Shown here: piece after piece, positions 13,365 to 27,608 of the stretch | Layout of the letters: every line of letters begins with the position of its first letter | Position numbering within the stretch: the first letter of the stretch is position 1 | Assembly: GCA_964016885.1 (NCBI GenBank) | Contig: OZ024756.1 | Span: 7,068,001-7,132,000, forward strand | From: Eledone cirrhosa | Lineage: Eukaryota | DNA: 64,000 nt | Direction of reading: 5' to 3' | The notes under the pieces: generated by a model | Databases searched by the model: none | Told to the model about the DNA's origin: nothing | Seen by the model: the letters and a program-made list of their open reading frames with translations, nothing else | Translations under genes and position numbers: made by a program

Positions 13365-14419
13365 TTCTGTTTCTATGGCAACACAAGAGCAAGAATGATG
13401 TGGTCATTCTGCTGACATGGCTATAAAGAGGCTGTTTGAATAATTGCAAAGGAATCGGATATTTTTCTTAATATTCGAAAAACTCAGATTTACATTTCAT
13501 TTACTCAGCCATGTAGAGCGTTAAATCTATTTGTTAGTTTATATAAACAAACATAAATTATCGAGATTCACATTTCGGCCCACGAAATAACGAAAAGCAA
13601 CCTCCGAGATGTGCGGCAAGTGCTCAATGATTCAGATGAACCAGAGCTATAACAAACGTTAAAGACCAAACACAGTGAAACGATGGTTAAACAATCATTC
13701 GCATAGCCAAAAGAGACGATCAAGTAATTATATAACCACGCAGCACGTTTGTTTTCATATTCACACATATATTTTCCTCCACTGTGACCCGTCTATTTTG
13801 TTCTTCCTGCTTCCTCTTTATCTGTATCTTTCACCTCCATTTACCCTCTCTAACAGTCACTCTCTCTGTTAGCCTCTTCCTCACCCTTCACTCACTCACT
13901 CTCTGCTACTACCTCTCCTACTTCCTCCCGTTTGACCTGTGCGTAATTCTTTTCTCGCGCACGCTTGACCAGGCTGGTTGTTCCTTTTTTCTCTCTTGTC
14001 TACGATTTCACAGAACTTGTCTTCACCGAATTCAGGGACTAGACTCCTTCTTCCTCCTGTTTGACCTGTGCGGAATTCCTTCCTTGCTCACATTTCGACT
14101 AGGTTTGATGGTCTTTATTCTCTCTCGTTCACGATTTCACCGAACTTATATTCATAGAAATCTGGGATTTGACTCTTTCTTCCTCATTTTTCGTTTGATT
14201 GTTTACAGCCTCGCTCGTTCCCCTTATTTACGTGTCCCAACCGGAGGTATATGGTCTTTAAAGCGATGAAATACCAATGAAGGTTGGAAGATCACTGATG
14301 AAAGACTAACTTTATTCATATATATATATATATATATATATATACACGCACACACACACATATATATATATACACACACTCATAAATATATAAATATATA
14401 TATACCGAAGCATATATAT

Positions 14420-14450
<31 letters not shown>

Positions 14451-14536
14451 AACATACACACATATATATATACACACGCATCCACATATATATACACAGA
14501 CACACATACACATATATATATATACACACACGTACA

Positions 14537-14603
<67 letters not shown>

Positions 14604-14610
<7 letters not shown>

Positions 14611-14837
14611 TAAAATAACAGATTAAAGTTTAAGCAAAGAATCGCTGCTTTCACCCTTAACGGGATCTTCTGAAACGGGAGTTTCAGAAGATCCCGTTAA
14701 GGGTGAAAGCAGCGATTCTTTGCTTAAACTTTAATGTGTTATTTAAATAAATATTTGCTCTACGGTTCTTATATATTTGATATATATTTATCCTTATCGA
14801 GCCCTCTTTCGATTTTAGTCTTCAAATGTATTATTAT

Positions 14838-14842
<5 letters not shown>
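14604..14842 (+). mobile_element. Asymmetric fold-back mini-element in (TA)n; reverse-oriented longer copy at ~16090-16500
   Basis: Inverted arms 14604-14676 and 14681-14753 plus ~90 bp extension. Right arm reads AGTTT-CAGAAGA-T-CCC gttaa GGG-T-GAAA-GCA...TGC-TT-AAACT. Confidence 0.75.
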
Positions 14843-14930
<88 letters not shown>

Positions 14931-15178
14931 CATATATATACAAACACGCATATATATATATATATAATGTGTGTGTGTATATATATAATGTGTGTGCCTA
15001 TGTACATATGTATGTGTGTGTGTATATATGTATATACACACACACATATATATGTACATACAGATACACCGGGAGAGATGACCCCTTAGCTTTTCTCAAG
15101 GCAGAATTCTAGGAGAAGGAAAACTCTGATATAACACCTGCAACTCTGATGGTATCTAATGATGTTGACTTGTTCTTC

Positions 15179-15441
15179 TTTTTGGTAAATATCATCTTGG
15201 TTAAGAGAGTGGGACTGGCTTTGTGCAGTGCCTTTGCTCACTATAAAAGCTTCACGGCACAGGCATTGCTTTATATCTGGAGATCTCTCTGCACTTGTCG
15301 TCACATGGTACCATGGGCCCAGCACTATGTGTCAATAATTGTCACAAGTGTAGTGTTTGTACCAGAGTTTTCAAGTCGCTGGCTGGACTAAAAAGTCACA
15401 CTCGTTCAGCGCATCGGTAGGGGTTCTCCTACATGGATATA
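15179..15441 (+). repeat. Near-identical second copy of the RTE zinc-finger tail at 776-1037
   Basis: About 260 bp match by eye, with only a few substitutions. Confidence 0.9.
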
Positions 15442-15671
15442 AAGTAGTGGCCGTACTCGAAAACGAGTTGGCAGCTACCATATATGTATATATGTGTGTG
15501 TGTGTATATATAAAATGTGTGTGTGTGAATATATATATATATATAATGTGTCTGTGTGTATATATATATGTGTGTGTGTGTGTATATATATATATATACA
15601 CACACACATATACATATATACACACATATTCACAGACACACACATTATATATATATATACACACACATTCA

Positions 15672-15855
15672 GTGGATTGGCAGTATCGGTAGAGGGTCGG
15701 ACGCCATGCTTTCCAGCATAGTTTCGTTCCTTTACGATCTTAGTTCAAATCCCGCCGAGGTTGACTTTGCCTTTCATCCTTACCGGGACGATAAAATAAA
15801 GTACCAGTAATGCACTGGGTAATTGCTGGCCTTGTGCCTAAAGTAGAAACAATTA
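15672..15855 (+). mobile_element. tRNA-derived SINE, full copy
   Basis: A-box-like tggcagtatcgg, B-box gttcaaatccc, body gccgaggttgactttgcctttcatcc...gataaaataaagtaccag...ggccttgtgcctaaagtagaaacaatta. Confidence 0.85.
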
Positions 15856-16924
15856 TATATACACACACATATATATATATATACACAGAGACACATTATA
15901 TATATATTCACACACACACACATTATATATATACACACACACATACATATATAAATATATATACACACACACATACATATGTACACACAGACACACATTA
16001 TATATAGACACACACACATTATATATATATATATATTGTTATATATATTGTTATATTTTGGGGAGGGTCATGTTGCCAATATATATATATAGTAATAATA
16101 ATAAATTTCAAGACTAAAATCCAAAGAGGGCTCGATAAGGATAAATATATATCAAATATATAAGAACCGTAGAGCAAATATTTATTAAAATAACAGATTA
16201 AAGTTTAAGCAAAGAATCGCTGCTTTCACCCTTAACGGGATCTTCTTAAACTAACAAAGTCAATCTGTGAACGCAGAAGTGAATATTTCAAAAAACTTTC
16301 CAACCGGAGGAAGACAGGAAGACGATACTTTGGTTCGTGGAAACGTTCCCGGCAAAGAATAGGAAAAAACGAAGATAATACGTCATTATTTGGGTCGGGA
16401 AAACAATTACACGCAAAGACAAAACCACGTTTATGGTATGAAAGAAGTCGTAGACTAATATTCTAACTCGGAAACCGAATGATATTTGGCTTCAGAGTTA
16501 AGAAAAATGTAAATAACTTACATAGGTTATTGAAATTAAATATATACATACACGCATCCATATACGTACATTCACATGCATATATATATTTCAATATAGC
16601 GTACCAAAATCATTGTATATATATATATTAATATTTGATGAACATTTGCATGTTATAGTTGCAATTGACTAATAAGATCGCTAGAGTGAAAAATCTTAAT
16701 TCAACAACATATAAATATTAATTTATACTGCTCAGAAGCAATTCCTAGAGCTGAAATGATTGTAAATGACCTCTCTGAGTCTAAACTCTAAGCTATTTAT
16801 ATATATATATATACATACATACAACACTGCTAATGCTAAACAGTGTCAATCTGATGTATTTAGTTTTTAATCCCTTCCTTGTGTGGAATATTACCGTAGT
16901 CTCAGGCAATATATTTCACCTTTT

Positions 16925-18110
16925 GTGGTGGTGGTGGTGGTGGTGTTGGTGATGGCGGTGGTGGTGGTGGTGGTGGTGGTAGTGGTGGTGGTGGTGGTGG
17001 TGGTGATGGTGGTGGTGGTGGTGTTGGTGGTGGTGTTGGTGGTGGTGTTGGTGGTGGTGTTGGTGATGGTGGTGGTGGTGGTGGAGTTGGCGGTGGGGGT
17101 TTTGGGATATGTGGTGGTGGTGGTGTTGGTGGTGTTGATGTTGTTGGTTGGTGATGTTGGCGGTGGTGTGGTGGTGGTGGTATTAGTGGTGGCGTTGGTG
17201 GTGGTGTGGGGGGGGGAGTTGTGGTGGTGGTGTGGGGGTTGGTTGTTGTGTGGTGGTGGTGGTGGTGGATGTTGGTGGTTGTGGTGATGGTGGTAGTGGA
17301 TGTTGATGGTGTTGGTGGTGGTGGTGCTTATATTCGTGGTAGTGGTGCTGTTGATGGTTGTGTGCTAGTGGTGGTTGTGTAGTAGTGGTGGTGGTGGCGT
17401 TGGTGGTGATGAAGATAACGGTGGTGTTATGTCTCGTTATCAACAATATCATCATCAACACCATCGCCCCTTAATCGCCATCATCATCATCATCATCGTC
17501 ATTATCACTGTCATCAGCATCGTCTCTGTCATCAACATCACCACCACAAGCAAAAACACCATCTACACCACCACCACCACCACCACCACCACCACCACCA
17601 CCACCAATACCACCCACCACCAACATCACCACCAGCACCACCACCAATACCACCCACCACCAACATCATCACCACGACCACCGCCACCAATACCACCCAC
17701 CACCAACATCACCACCACCACCAGCATCACCCCCACCAGCACCACCACCAATACCACCCACCACCAACATTACCACCACGACCACCGCCACGAATACCAC
17801 CCACCACCAACATCACCACCAACATCACTACCACCACCCGCCAGCACCAGCAGCACCACCAATACCACCCACCACCAACATCACCACCACGACCACCGCC
17901 ACCAATACTACCCACCACCAACATCACCATCACCATCACCACCACCCACCACCAACAACATCACCACCATCACCCACCACCACCACCACCATCAATACCA
18001 CCCACAACCACCCTCATCACCACCACCACCACCACCAGCACCACCACCATCACCATCACCACTACCACCCACCACCACCACCATCAACAACATCATCATC
18101 GTCATGATTA
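16925..18110. repeat. (GGT)n tract followed by (CAT)/(ACC)n tract
   Basis: Low-complexity trinucleotide repeats in opposite orientations. Confidence 0.9.
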
Positions 18111-18333
18111 CCAACGTTATACGTATTCGGTGGTAGTGGTAGTGTTAGAAGGTTGTAATGAAGTGATATTAGCAGATGTCAATGAGAGATAAATATCTTC
18201 GTATGTGTTTTATGATGAGGTTGTGGAGGAATTAAACGTGTCTCTTAATTAAAGCTCTCTGTCTCCCATCTCTCCTTACACATACACACACATATACATA
18301 CATAAATACATACATACACACACATAGGTATAG

Positions 18334-18940
18334 GGCGGTGGATTGACAGTATCGGTAGAGGGTCGGACGCCATGCTTTGCAGCAAATAGTTACGGCCCTG
18401 TATGGTCTGAGTTCAAATCCCGCCGAGGTTAACTTTGCCTTTCATCCTTACGGGGTCGATTAAATAAAGTACCAGTAATGTACTGGGATAATTGCTGGCC
18501 TTGTGCCAAAAGTAGAAATAATTATGTATATATATAATATATATAACTATGTAGGGCGATGAATTGGCAGTATCGATAGAGCGTCGGAAAACATTCTGAG
18601 TTCGAATCCCGCCGAGGTTAACTTTGCCTTTGATCCTTACGTGGTCCATGAAATAATTGTTTCTACTTTAGGCACAAGGACAGCAATTACCCAGTGCATT
18701 ACTGGTACTTTATTTTATCGACCACGTAAGGATGAAAGGCAAAGTTAACCTCGGCGGGATTTGAACTCAGAATGGCAAAGGCCGTAACTCTATGCGTTAA
18801 AGCATGGCGTCCGACCCTCTACCGATACTGCAAATCCACCACCAGTTCCATAAACTAATGCACCAGTAATATACTGGCGTCGATTTAATTGACTTTCCCT
18901 TCCCCTTCAAACTGCTGGCCTTGTGCCTAAAGTAGAAATA
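18334..18940. mobile_element. Cluster of SINE copies: 18334-18523 (+), 18553-18650 (+, partial), 18653-18842 (-), 18860-18940 (+, 3' part)
   Basis: Same A/B-box and body sequence as 15672-15855. Confidence 0.85.
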
Positions 18941-19193
18941 TATATATATAACTTTGATAGGTTTCAGCCAGTATAAGCCCAGGCCATGTCTTCATAGCAC
19001 CACCTGGTGCTCTTATATAGATAATGTATCTGTGTATATAAAGAGAGAGAGATGACAAGTAACCATAGCCACACATCTATCCATCCCTCTTGACTTTTTG
19101 ATAATCATGAAACTTGTAAAATCGGAAAAAATTGAAAGCTGTGATACATAAACCTTCTTAAAGACTCCAATTACATTTTAAACTTCTTTTTCC

Positions 19194-19248
<55 letters not shown>

Positions 19249-19369
19249 CGCCAGCACCATCAGTTTTCCAAGAGATGTCAACAAGAATGGCCCTGTTATT
19301 TTTTATCTAAAGACATGTTTTCCAATTCCAACCCGCCCGTCTCCTCAATCTATCTTATTTCTCATTCTT

Positions 19370-19405
19370 TCTTCTGATGAAGGACTACCGTCCGAAACGT
19401 TAAGA
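19370..19405 (+). ncRNA. Minimal type-I hammerhead ribozyme (Penelope-type)
   Basis: TCTT-CTGATGA-A-GGAC tacc GTCC-GAAAC-GTT-AAGA. Intact core, 4-bp stems I and II, and palindromic AACGTT in place of stem III. Confidence 0.75.
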
Positions 19406-19502
19406 CCCTCCTCCTTCTATATCAAGTGTTAACCTAATATATACCTTCCATATACTGTAGCGATTGTGTTGCTATTTCCGTTTACATTTTACACACACAC
19501 AC

Positions 19503-19571
<69 letters not shown>

Positions 19572-19889
19572 TCAATATATACATGTGTGTGTGTGCGTGA
19601 GTGCATAGATCAATACAAAAAATACAGAAGTCAGCTGAAGGCAGATAGTTAGTTCATTATTTTACGATCGTTTCAGAGGGTCGATTGAACGATGAAGATC
19701 GATATACCGACTAATATGTTAATGGTTACGTTACTACATATTTCTAGTCTCAAATCCCTGTTAAATCGGCCGTCACCCTTAGAAACACATATGTATATAT
19801 ATCTACTACATTAAGTATCTAGTACTCTGCTGAATAATGGTCTAACTGGTTTTTACCGCCTCCATTCTGATATATATATATATATTATG

Positions 19890-19931
<42 letters not shown>

Positions 19932-20027
19932 TTATAAATACGAAACTGTTGTTGACAACATTAATATCCATGTATCTATATCATTGTTCAGTTGAATCGG
20001 AAGTTAATTATGTGTACAAACATTGCT

Positions 20028-20078
20028 AATGCCCTGATGATTCCAAACGATAGTTTGGAAGAAACGATTGTCAGCATT
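20028..20078 (+). ncRNA. Hammerhead motif, same family as 6384-6432
   Basis: AATGC-C-CTGATGA-TTCCAAAC gata GTTTGGAA-GAAAC-GATT-GTC-AGCATT. Downstream aaatgattt..aactttgattattgt is shared with 6435-6465. Confidence 0.7.
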
Positions 20079-20112
20079 TAAATGATTTGAACATAACTTT
20101 GATTATTGTGTA

Positions 20113-20192
<80 letters not shown>

Positions 20193-20239
20193 TGTGTATG
20201 TGGATGTGTGTGTGTGTGTTACCTTTTAATCAATTGTTT

Positions 20240-20288
20240 GTGTCTGAAAAGATCATGATAACTATCCTCATTGAAATACGTATAACGC
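20240..20288 (+). ncRNA. Degenerate hammerhead motif
   Basis: GTGT-CTGAAAA-...-GAAA-TACGTA-TA-ACGC; palindromic ATACGTAT; G8A core variant. Confidence 0.45.
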
Positions 20289-20408
20289 TCAAATAATAAA
20301 GGACCCTAACATATTCAACTTCGCATTTTCCTCTTATATATACTCCATCATTCTTGTTTTTTGGAAGAAATATAACTTTGAGTGAATTGTATCCTTGTAT
20401 ACCGAATG

Positions 20409-20726
<318 letters not shown>

Positions 20727-21241
20727 TATATATACATAGAGAGATTGAGAAAGGCGAGGCATGTATATAATTCCAGTTGAAATGTGTTTATTTCAGTATC
20801 TTCCAGTTAATGTTTATAATTAATCATAAATTGCCATTTCGTTTGCCTATAAATATCAATTTCAGATGAGACCTAATTACATAAATATATATAAAAACAG
20901 TTAAGACAGCTTTACTGATTCTATATTATATTTTCTTGACTGTAAGTTAATCATGGCTTCTTTATTTCAGGTTCTTGTGATGAATCTGTCTTGACGATCG
21001 AATGGCAGCGAATGGTCATGACACTGGCTGTATGGCTTTTCTCTAGATTCCAATAAGAGAAAACAAGACACTGTACACACACACACACACACATACACAC
21101 ACACACACACACATAGACAAACACACATATATATAATTACATAATAAACAACATAATATAATTATTCCATTACCAATTTATATATACATAAATATCTATT
21201 TCTTGATATATATATATATACATAGATATGCATACATATAA

Positions 21242-21272
<31 letters not shown>

Positions 21273-21420
21273 AATATATAGATATAAATTTATATATAAT
21301 TGCACACATACATACACAATATTACATATCCATAAATATATATATATATATATCCAGTGAATTTCCAACCGATAAGGTTTTATATTCATGGGTATGTCTC
21401 TATTTATAAAACAAACTTTG

Positions 21421-21485
21421 TATTTTATCTGATGAAAGCACACCAATGGTGTCTTGGTTGCCCTTGAAATATATGTAATAAAATA
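21421..21485 (+). ncRNA. Type-I hammerhead ribozyme candidate
   Basis: TATTTTAT-CTGATGA-[aag..ccaa..ttgg..ctt]-GAAA-TATATG-TA-ATAAAATA. Perfect 8-bp stem I; homologous to 31349-31403. Confidence 0.75.
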
Positions 21486-21613
21486 AATATGGTTTTATAA
21501 ATATAGTTTCCATTTATTTAATATCATGGAATATTTACTCCAGTAAACTGTTGAGTGCTCTAAATCAGTTATAAACATTTATGTTTGTTGGACTTCCAAC
21601 AAATTAAATACAA

Positions 21614-21666
<53 letters not shown>

Positions 21667-22104
21667 ACACAAATACACATCCTCACACACATACATACAC
21701 ACAATATTACATATCTCTCTCTCTATATATATATATATGTGTGTGTGAGTGTGTGTATGTGTGTGTGTGTGTGTGTGTACAAATACACACGCTCACTCAC
21801 ATACATACATAGTTGATGGATTAACTAGGGTTTAACTTCTGTCTACAATAAACAAGTAGCCTATGTACTTTCCAGGATCTAATCTAGAGTTTATCCTGTT
21901 CAGTTTATATGCTTAAATATTTGCTATTTTATTCCAATCATTTGCTAAAGATTGAAAACATTAACTTCAACTCATATAGTGTTTCCCTGAGAAATATATT
22001 TAATGGTTTTTAAATGTTACTTCACTATTCGTTTACTTACAATTAATGCATAATAGTAGTTCAGCTATTGCTACACTTTGTAATAACTCTTTCCAATAAA
22101 TGGT

Positions 22105-22270
22105 GAGGCAGCAATTTAGCAGAGTCGTTAGAATGTCAGATAGAATGCTTTGAGTTATTTGTTCTGTCTCACTGCCTTCTCTCAGTTCAAAACCTGTCGA
22201 GGTTATCTTTCCCTTTCTGGCTTCCATCCTTGCAGTGTTGATTAAAAAAATTTACCAGTCCTGGTAGTAG
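22105..22270 (+). mobile_element. Diverged tRNA-derived SINE
   Basis: tagcagagtcgttagaatgtcagatagaatgcttt...cagttcaaaacctgtcgaggttatcttt. Confidence 0.65.
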
Positions 22271-22403
22271 GGTCGTTTCTTTCTATATATTTCTTATTTA
22301 ATTCTTCTCTCTCTATCCACATATCTATGTAGGTATCTCTATATCTACCTACGTATCTCTATATCTATCTATCTATATATCTATCTATCTACCTATCTCT
22401 CTA

Positions 22404-23806
22404 TCCCCAGACCTCCAGGTGGAGAAAACTGACTGGAACGAGGTCATGGCCAAGGTATTTGCGCTCACCCAGAAGTCGGCAGAGTGCAAACTGTCTTTGA
22501 AAGGTCCAACGGAGGTGGCGAACACATTCATAGCCTCCGTCATATACTACCGCTTGACTGTCGTGCCTTGTCCCCGTGAATATCTCACCAAGATGGAACG
22601 CATGCTCTTCCGGTTCCTGTGTAAGAAGCAGGTTCGACTGGTGAGGAGATCCGTCTGCTGTCAACACCCTTCCAACGGAGGGCTTGGCATGCCGAGGCTA
22701 ATGATGCGCAAACATGCGCTGAGGCTACGGCATCTCCAGGTATTCCTCACCGACCATCCGGTGTGGGCACCGTTTGTGAGAGAGGCCTTCCCACAACTTG
22801 TCTCGCTGATGGAGCTGCAGTTCTGGGTTAAGCGAAGACCGAAGAAGTTGGGCGACTGGCACATTGAATGCGCCCAGGCGCTTACAGTCCTGTCAAGCGG
22901 GCACAGCAATCAGTGGAGACTCCACTTCGACATTCTATAGAGAGTTATTACTTTACAAGTGCGATGACGTGCTCGAGGGGTCTCTAGGCGTCGAATACGA
23001 CGAGCTCACCAGTCTGTTCGGTAGGACTTTCCGCTCGGGACCTATGGACATCTTCCAGAGGTTCCTGGCCTGGCAGTGCTACCGAGGAGCTCTACCCGTT
23101 CGAGACAAGATCTACAAGCACGGACGCCTCGGCAGGGATACTTCCAAGAGGACGTGTCCAGGATCCGATCAGGCATTAAAACCGTCCTGCACGCAATTGT
23201 ACATTACCCGAGCGTAAGCGACCTGTGGAACTATGCAGAATAACTGCTCTCGCGTATGGGACAAATCCAGTTCACTGCCGAGTCCATAGTAAGGATCAAA
23301 CCGCCAGCCGTTTTCTAAAACGAAAGTGAGGCGGTTTTCCTCTGTACAGTGGCTATGGTGAAAGAAGTTATATGGTGGACGAGATTGAGAGGACTGAGGA
23401 CAGATGCCTTTCTCCCCGGACAACAATTGATTCCCTTCGTTAAGTATCACTTTAGAAGGAGAATCAGAGTGGAGAGAGAGGCACTGCACCCCAGTAAATT
23501 TACTGAAAGGTGGGTGAATGTGGCAAAAATGGCCCGAGTGATTGGGCCTTCTCTGTTTATAAGCCTGTGGGTTGAAGAAGAGAGCAAAAGCAAGAAAGGG
23601 GCACTTGCACAACACGCTCCTGGAGTTGAGGGTTTTTCTATCAACGGGGTATTAAACAACCCATTCGTGGCGCCTCCCCATTATTGAGGATTTCGATTGT
23701 TATAATTGTTTGTTTCAATATGTTTACACAACTGTATGTAAAATCCCCGGCATGTGTCTTTGTATTGTCCCCTTTTCTTGTGCGCCCTTGTGGCAAATAA
23801 AGAAAT
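22404..23806 (+). mobile_element. 5'-truncated Tx1/L1-clade LINE remnant inserted in (CTAT)n
   Basis: KLSLKG..VANTFIASVIYY...FRFL...CQHPSNGGLGMP (L1/Tx1 RT C-terminal region), then RGALPVRDK..TCP (zf-RVT-like). Frameshifts present. AATAAA at ~23795; (CTAT)n on both flanks. Confidence 0.85.
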
Positions 23807-24676
23807 CTATCTATCTATCTCTACATCCTCCTTTCTATCTCTATATCTATCTATCTATCTCTATATCTACTTTATCTATATATTTATGAGTCTATCTCTA
23901 TCTTTCTCTCCCTCTCTGGTAGAAGAGTTCGTATCATGACGTCTATCGAAACGGTGCCATTACATCTCCATCCGAAGGTCGGTGTCTCTGTAGACATGCG
24001 CACATTAAGTGGCGGAGGATTAACTGTGCTGGTATTATGTATTATAGCTCTCTCCATTCTGAAGTTCCCGCCCATGTATAATTTGTCTATCATCCTTTCA
24101 GTCTCAATAAAATAGATTTTTGTGGGGTTGTTACATGGTCTGAGAAGGAGCCTTATTTCAGCTCTTTGTGTTTGGGGTCCAAATCCCCAAATGGCTTATT
24201 CGGTGAGACATTTAATCCGGTTTAACGCCACAACGTATTTCTTGTATGACTTTGTTGCTAGCATTCGAACCAGGTCTCAGATTTGAATATATAATCCCTT
24301 TCCCCTCTCAAGCCAATTGACTTACATTTCTCTTCTGGGTACAAAATTATTAAACATTATAACTACCGTAACATTTTTTTATTTATCCAATCATAATTAT
24401 AAATGATTGTATGTATTACATGTGTGTAGACTATAGACTGAAAGCTGTTCAACAATAAAAGAACATAAATGAACGCTAACATACTATTTTAGATTAACCT
24501 ATTGTCACATATGTCGTTTAAAGAGATCAACATTATGTGATAGTACCTCCAGTTATCTATCAGAACAAAACTTTCGACATTATGTGATAGTACCACCAGT
24601 TATCTATCAGAACAAAACTTTAAGTTCAGAATTTGTGTTACTAACCAAGAAATTCTGTTAAATCAAGAAATTGTTA

Positions 24677-24826
24677 CCATATTTCCCGGCGTCTAAGACG
24701 CTACTTTCTCCCTAAAATAAGTGTCAAAAATCTAGCATGCGTCTTGGAGGCCGAAGGTTGTTTATTCTTTTTTTTTTCAAATTTTTGTTTGTCAAAATAA
24801 GGCGTCTTCGGCGCCGGGAAATACGG
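24677..24826. mobile_element. pogo/Tigger-type (Tc1/mariner superfamily) MITE
   Basis: TIRs ccatatttcccggcgtctaagacgc / gcgtcttcggcgccgggaaatacgg with TA on each side (24675-76, 24827-28). Confidence 0.75.
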
Positions 24827-25119
24827 TATTCTTCTGAAGACTCCCGAAATATATTTGCTTCTGAAGCATCTGTTTGTTTCATCCACTATATAGTTGAAAT
24901 AAGTCTTAGACTTAGACATGCTGTTTTTCTCGTCCTAGAATACGAAATCTTGGTAGATATTCTAAATCAGGTCTCCCGAACTTTTTAGAACATCGCCCCC
25001 TGGCGTGTAAAAAACACAAACAAATATAAAATATAAAATAAATAGATAATAAAGACTAATTATTCTTATATTAGAAACCTGTATAAGAACATTATATTCC
25101 CTAGCGTCATTATATGTTT

Positions 25120-25292
25120 AGCGGTATAGAGTTACGGCCCTTTACGTTGAATTAAAATCCCACCGAGGTTAGCTTTGCCTTTCATCCTTACGGGGTCGAT
25201 GAAATAAAGTACCAGTGATGCACTGGTGTCGATTTAACTGACCCCCCCCTCACTCCAAACATTGCTGTCCTTCTGTCTAAATCAGAAACCAT
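25120..25292 (+). mobile_element. SINE, 5'-truncated
   Basis: cccaccgaggttagctttgcctttcatccttacggggtcgatgaaataaagtaccag. Confidence 0.8.
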
Positions 25293-26365
25293 TATTTTAT
25301 ATTTTTCTAATTTCTTATCACAACATCATGTTTGGGCCCATAGGTTCAATCTATACTCTGGGTAGTCCCATTAACCATTATGGGTGGAAACTAACCCCCT
25401 GGGGACACGTGCTTTATAGCCACACTTCATTTTGTTCAGATATAAGCATAGATGATATATTATCCAGATCAAAATACAGCTATTAGTCCGAAACCTAATC
25501 GTGTAAGTTTGTTTGAAACAAATTCTGTCTTCGAATTAGTGAACACTAATGCATAATATAAAACTCTCCCTCCTTAAATTTCAAGTTAGTTGATGATCAC
25601 AGTAAAAACACTAAACATTACATTGTACAGAATTCGCACTTAACTCCACAAAGCCTGTCAAGCAAGATTAATCATCTTACTCCAAGCCTTATCTGATTCA
25701 GCAAGTTTTCAACACATACTTTTAGCCTACGAAACAGCTGTGTATCCGAGCTTTTACGACTGGCACGGACATGTGTCGGCTTTTATAAACTTCTCAGCAA
25801 ACATCAACACACTCGAATCATAGAAATGCACCTATGTTCTCTTACATGTCAGACAATTGAATTTTAAGATTTCCTCTTTAGAAATTACATTAGAATTCCT
25901 TCTAATTATCACAAATACCATCATAAAAAGTTACTATACTATTCTGTTGCAAATCATGATATTTTTAATCTTATCTTATAGAAATCAACCTCTTTCTTCT
26001 GACACGCCATTCTTGTTTGTTTCACTTCTCTATAGTAAAACTTTGTTTCTTGTGGTGTCATCATCAAAATAAAATCGTCACATTCTTTCAACGTCTTCTG
26101 CTGAATACCAAGAAACTATATTTAAAATGCCGACGTGAGAGAAGTAGATTATCATATAAATAGATTACTAAACTACACGCAAATAAATAATGCTTTTCAT
26201 ATGATATTCTTCATATGTTGGCAGTATCTCATATCCTGCCAAGTTATTCATATAAACACCTGCAAACTCTACCGTGAATATGGAGATGGCAAACATAATT
26301 GTGCATTAATAATGCAGCGCTAACACTTCTCTACAAACAATTTTGATGGGATAGACACACACACA

Positions 26366-26398
<33 letters not shown>

Positions 26399-26915
26399 GC
26401 ATGCACACACATACAGATATATGCATCTATCTCTCACCCTCTCTCTCTCACACACACACGCAGACATATATATATATATCTATCACCCCTATCGCTCTCT
26501 CACACAGACACATACAGACACAGACAGACATATATATACATCTCTCTCTCACCCCCCTTCTCTCTCACACACACACACATACACACACGCACACACACAC
26601 ACATACACACACACACGCACATATATATACATCTCTCTCTCACCCCCTTGTCTCTCACACACACAGACACACAAACACACACACACAGATATATACATCT
26701 CTCTCACCCTCTCTCTCTCTCACACACACACAGACATATATATATATATCACCACCCCCTTCTCTCACACACACATACACATACACACACACACATACAT
26801 ACATTCGCGCACACGTACGAACACACGTATATATCTATTTAGGTTTGTGTAGACAGAATTGTTCTACATTTACAAAGACATACGCATATGTGTGTATATA
26901 TATACACACATATGC

Positions 26916-26966
<51 letters not shown>

Positions 26967-26967
<1 letters not shown>

Positions 26968-27348
26968 CGAAGGAAATGTGGTAAGGAACCAGGTGGACCA
27001 TAACGCACCAAAGTACTCAATACTTAGGGTAGTAGAGTGGGTAATAAGAACGAGTAGGACCCAGACGGCTGAGCTCAAGCCGTTTCGACGGTTAATTCTG
27101 GACTAAATGAACATTTTTATCCTGGTATATGAATAGCCGAGCTTCTCAGGGGGTAATTCCATATATGGTAAAAGTGATTGTCACAAGGATTGGTCAAAAG
27201 TTTGTTGTTGAGACACATAATTTACCATATATGGAATTACCCCCTGAGAAGCTCGGCTATTCATATACCAGGATAAAAATGTTCATTTATTTCAGAATTA
27301 GCCGTCGAAACGGCTTGAGCTCAGCCGCCGGGGTCATACTAACTCGTT

Positions 27349-27351
<3 letters not shown>
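26967..27351 (-). mobile_element. Largest fold-back mini-element (~125 bp arms, ~50 bp loop, ~80 bp extension) with hammerhead-like fold in each arm
   Basis: Arms 27048-27171 and 27221-27349. Motif ACCCC-CTGAGAA-[cggcta..tagccg]-GAAA-CGGCT(tgagctc)AGCCG-(T/C)C-GGGGT at 27239-27334. (TA)n on both sides. Confidence 0.8.
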
Positions 27352-27418
<67 letters not shown>

Positions 27419-27420
<2 letters not shown>

Positions 27421-27608
27421 AACAAGTAACACCCCGACAGCTGAGCTCAAGCCGTTTCGACGGCTAATTCTGGACTAGAATTAGCCGTCGAAACGGCTTG
27501 ATCTCAGCCGTCGGGGTCTTACTTGTTCCTATTACCCACTCTACTACCCTAAGTATTGAGTACTTTGGTGCGTTATGGTCCACCTGGTTCCTTACCACTT
27601 TTCCTTCG

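Noticed and set aside
14295-14320. Isolated CTGATGA motifs (also ~12890 minus, 33868, 43100)
   Set aside because: No convincing GAAA/UH plus stem I arrangement; not counted as hammerheads
16883-18136. Val-, Thr-, His- and Pro-rich ORFs with apparent transmembrane stretch (also 33095-33661, 37314-38132)
   Set aside because: Trinucleotide repeats; no splice or domain support
24965-25005. hAT-like terminal motif (also ~34960) and Tigger-like end at ~35090-35135
   Set aside because: Only single ends seen; no partner TIR or TSD identified
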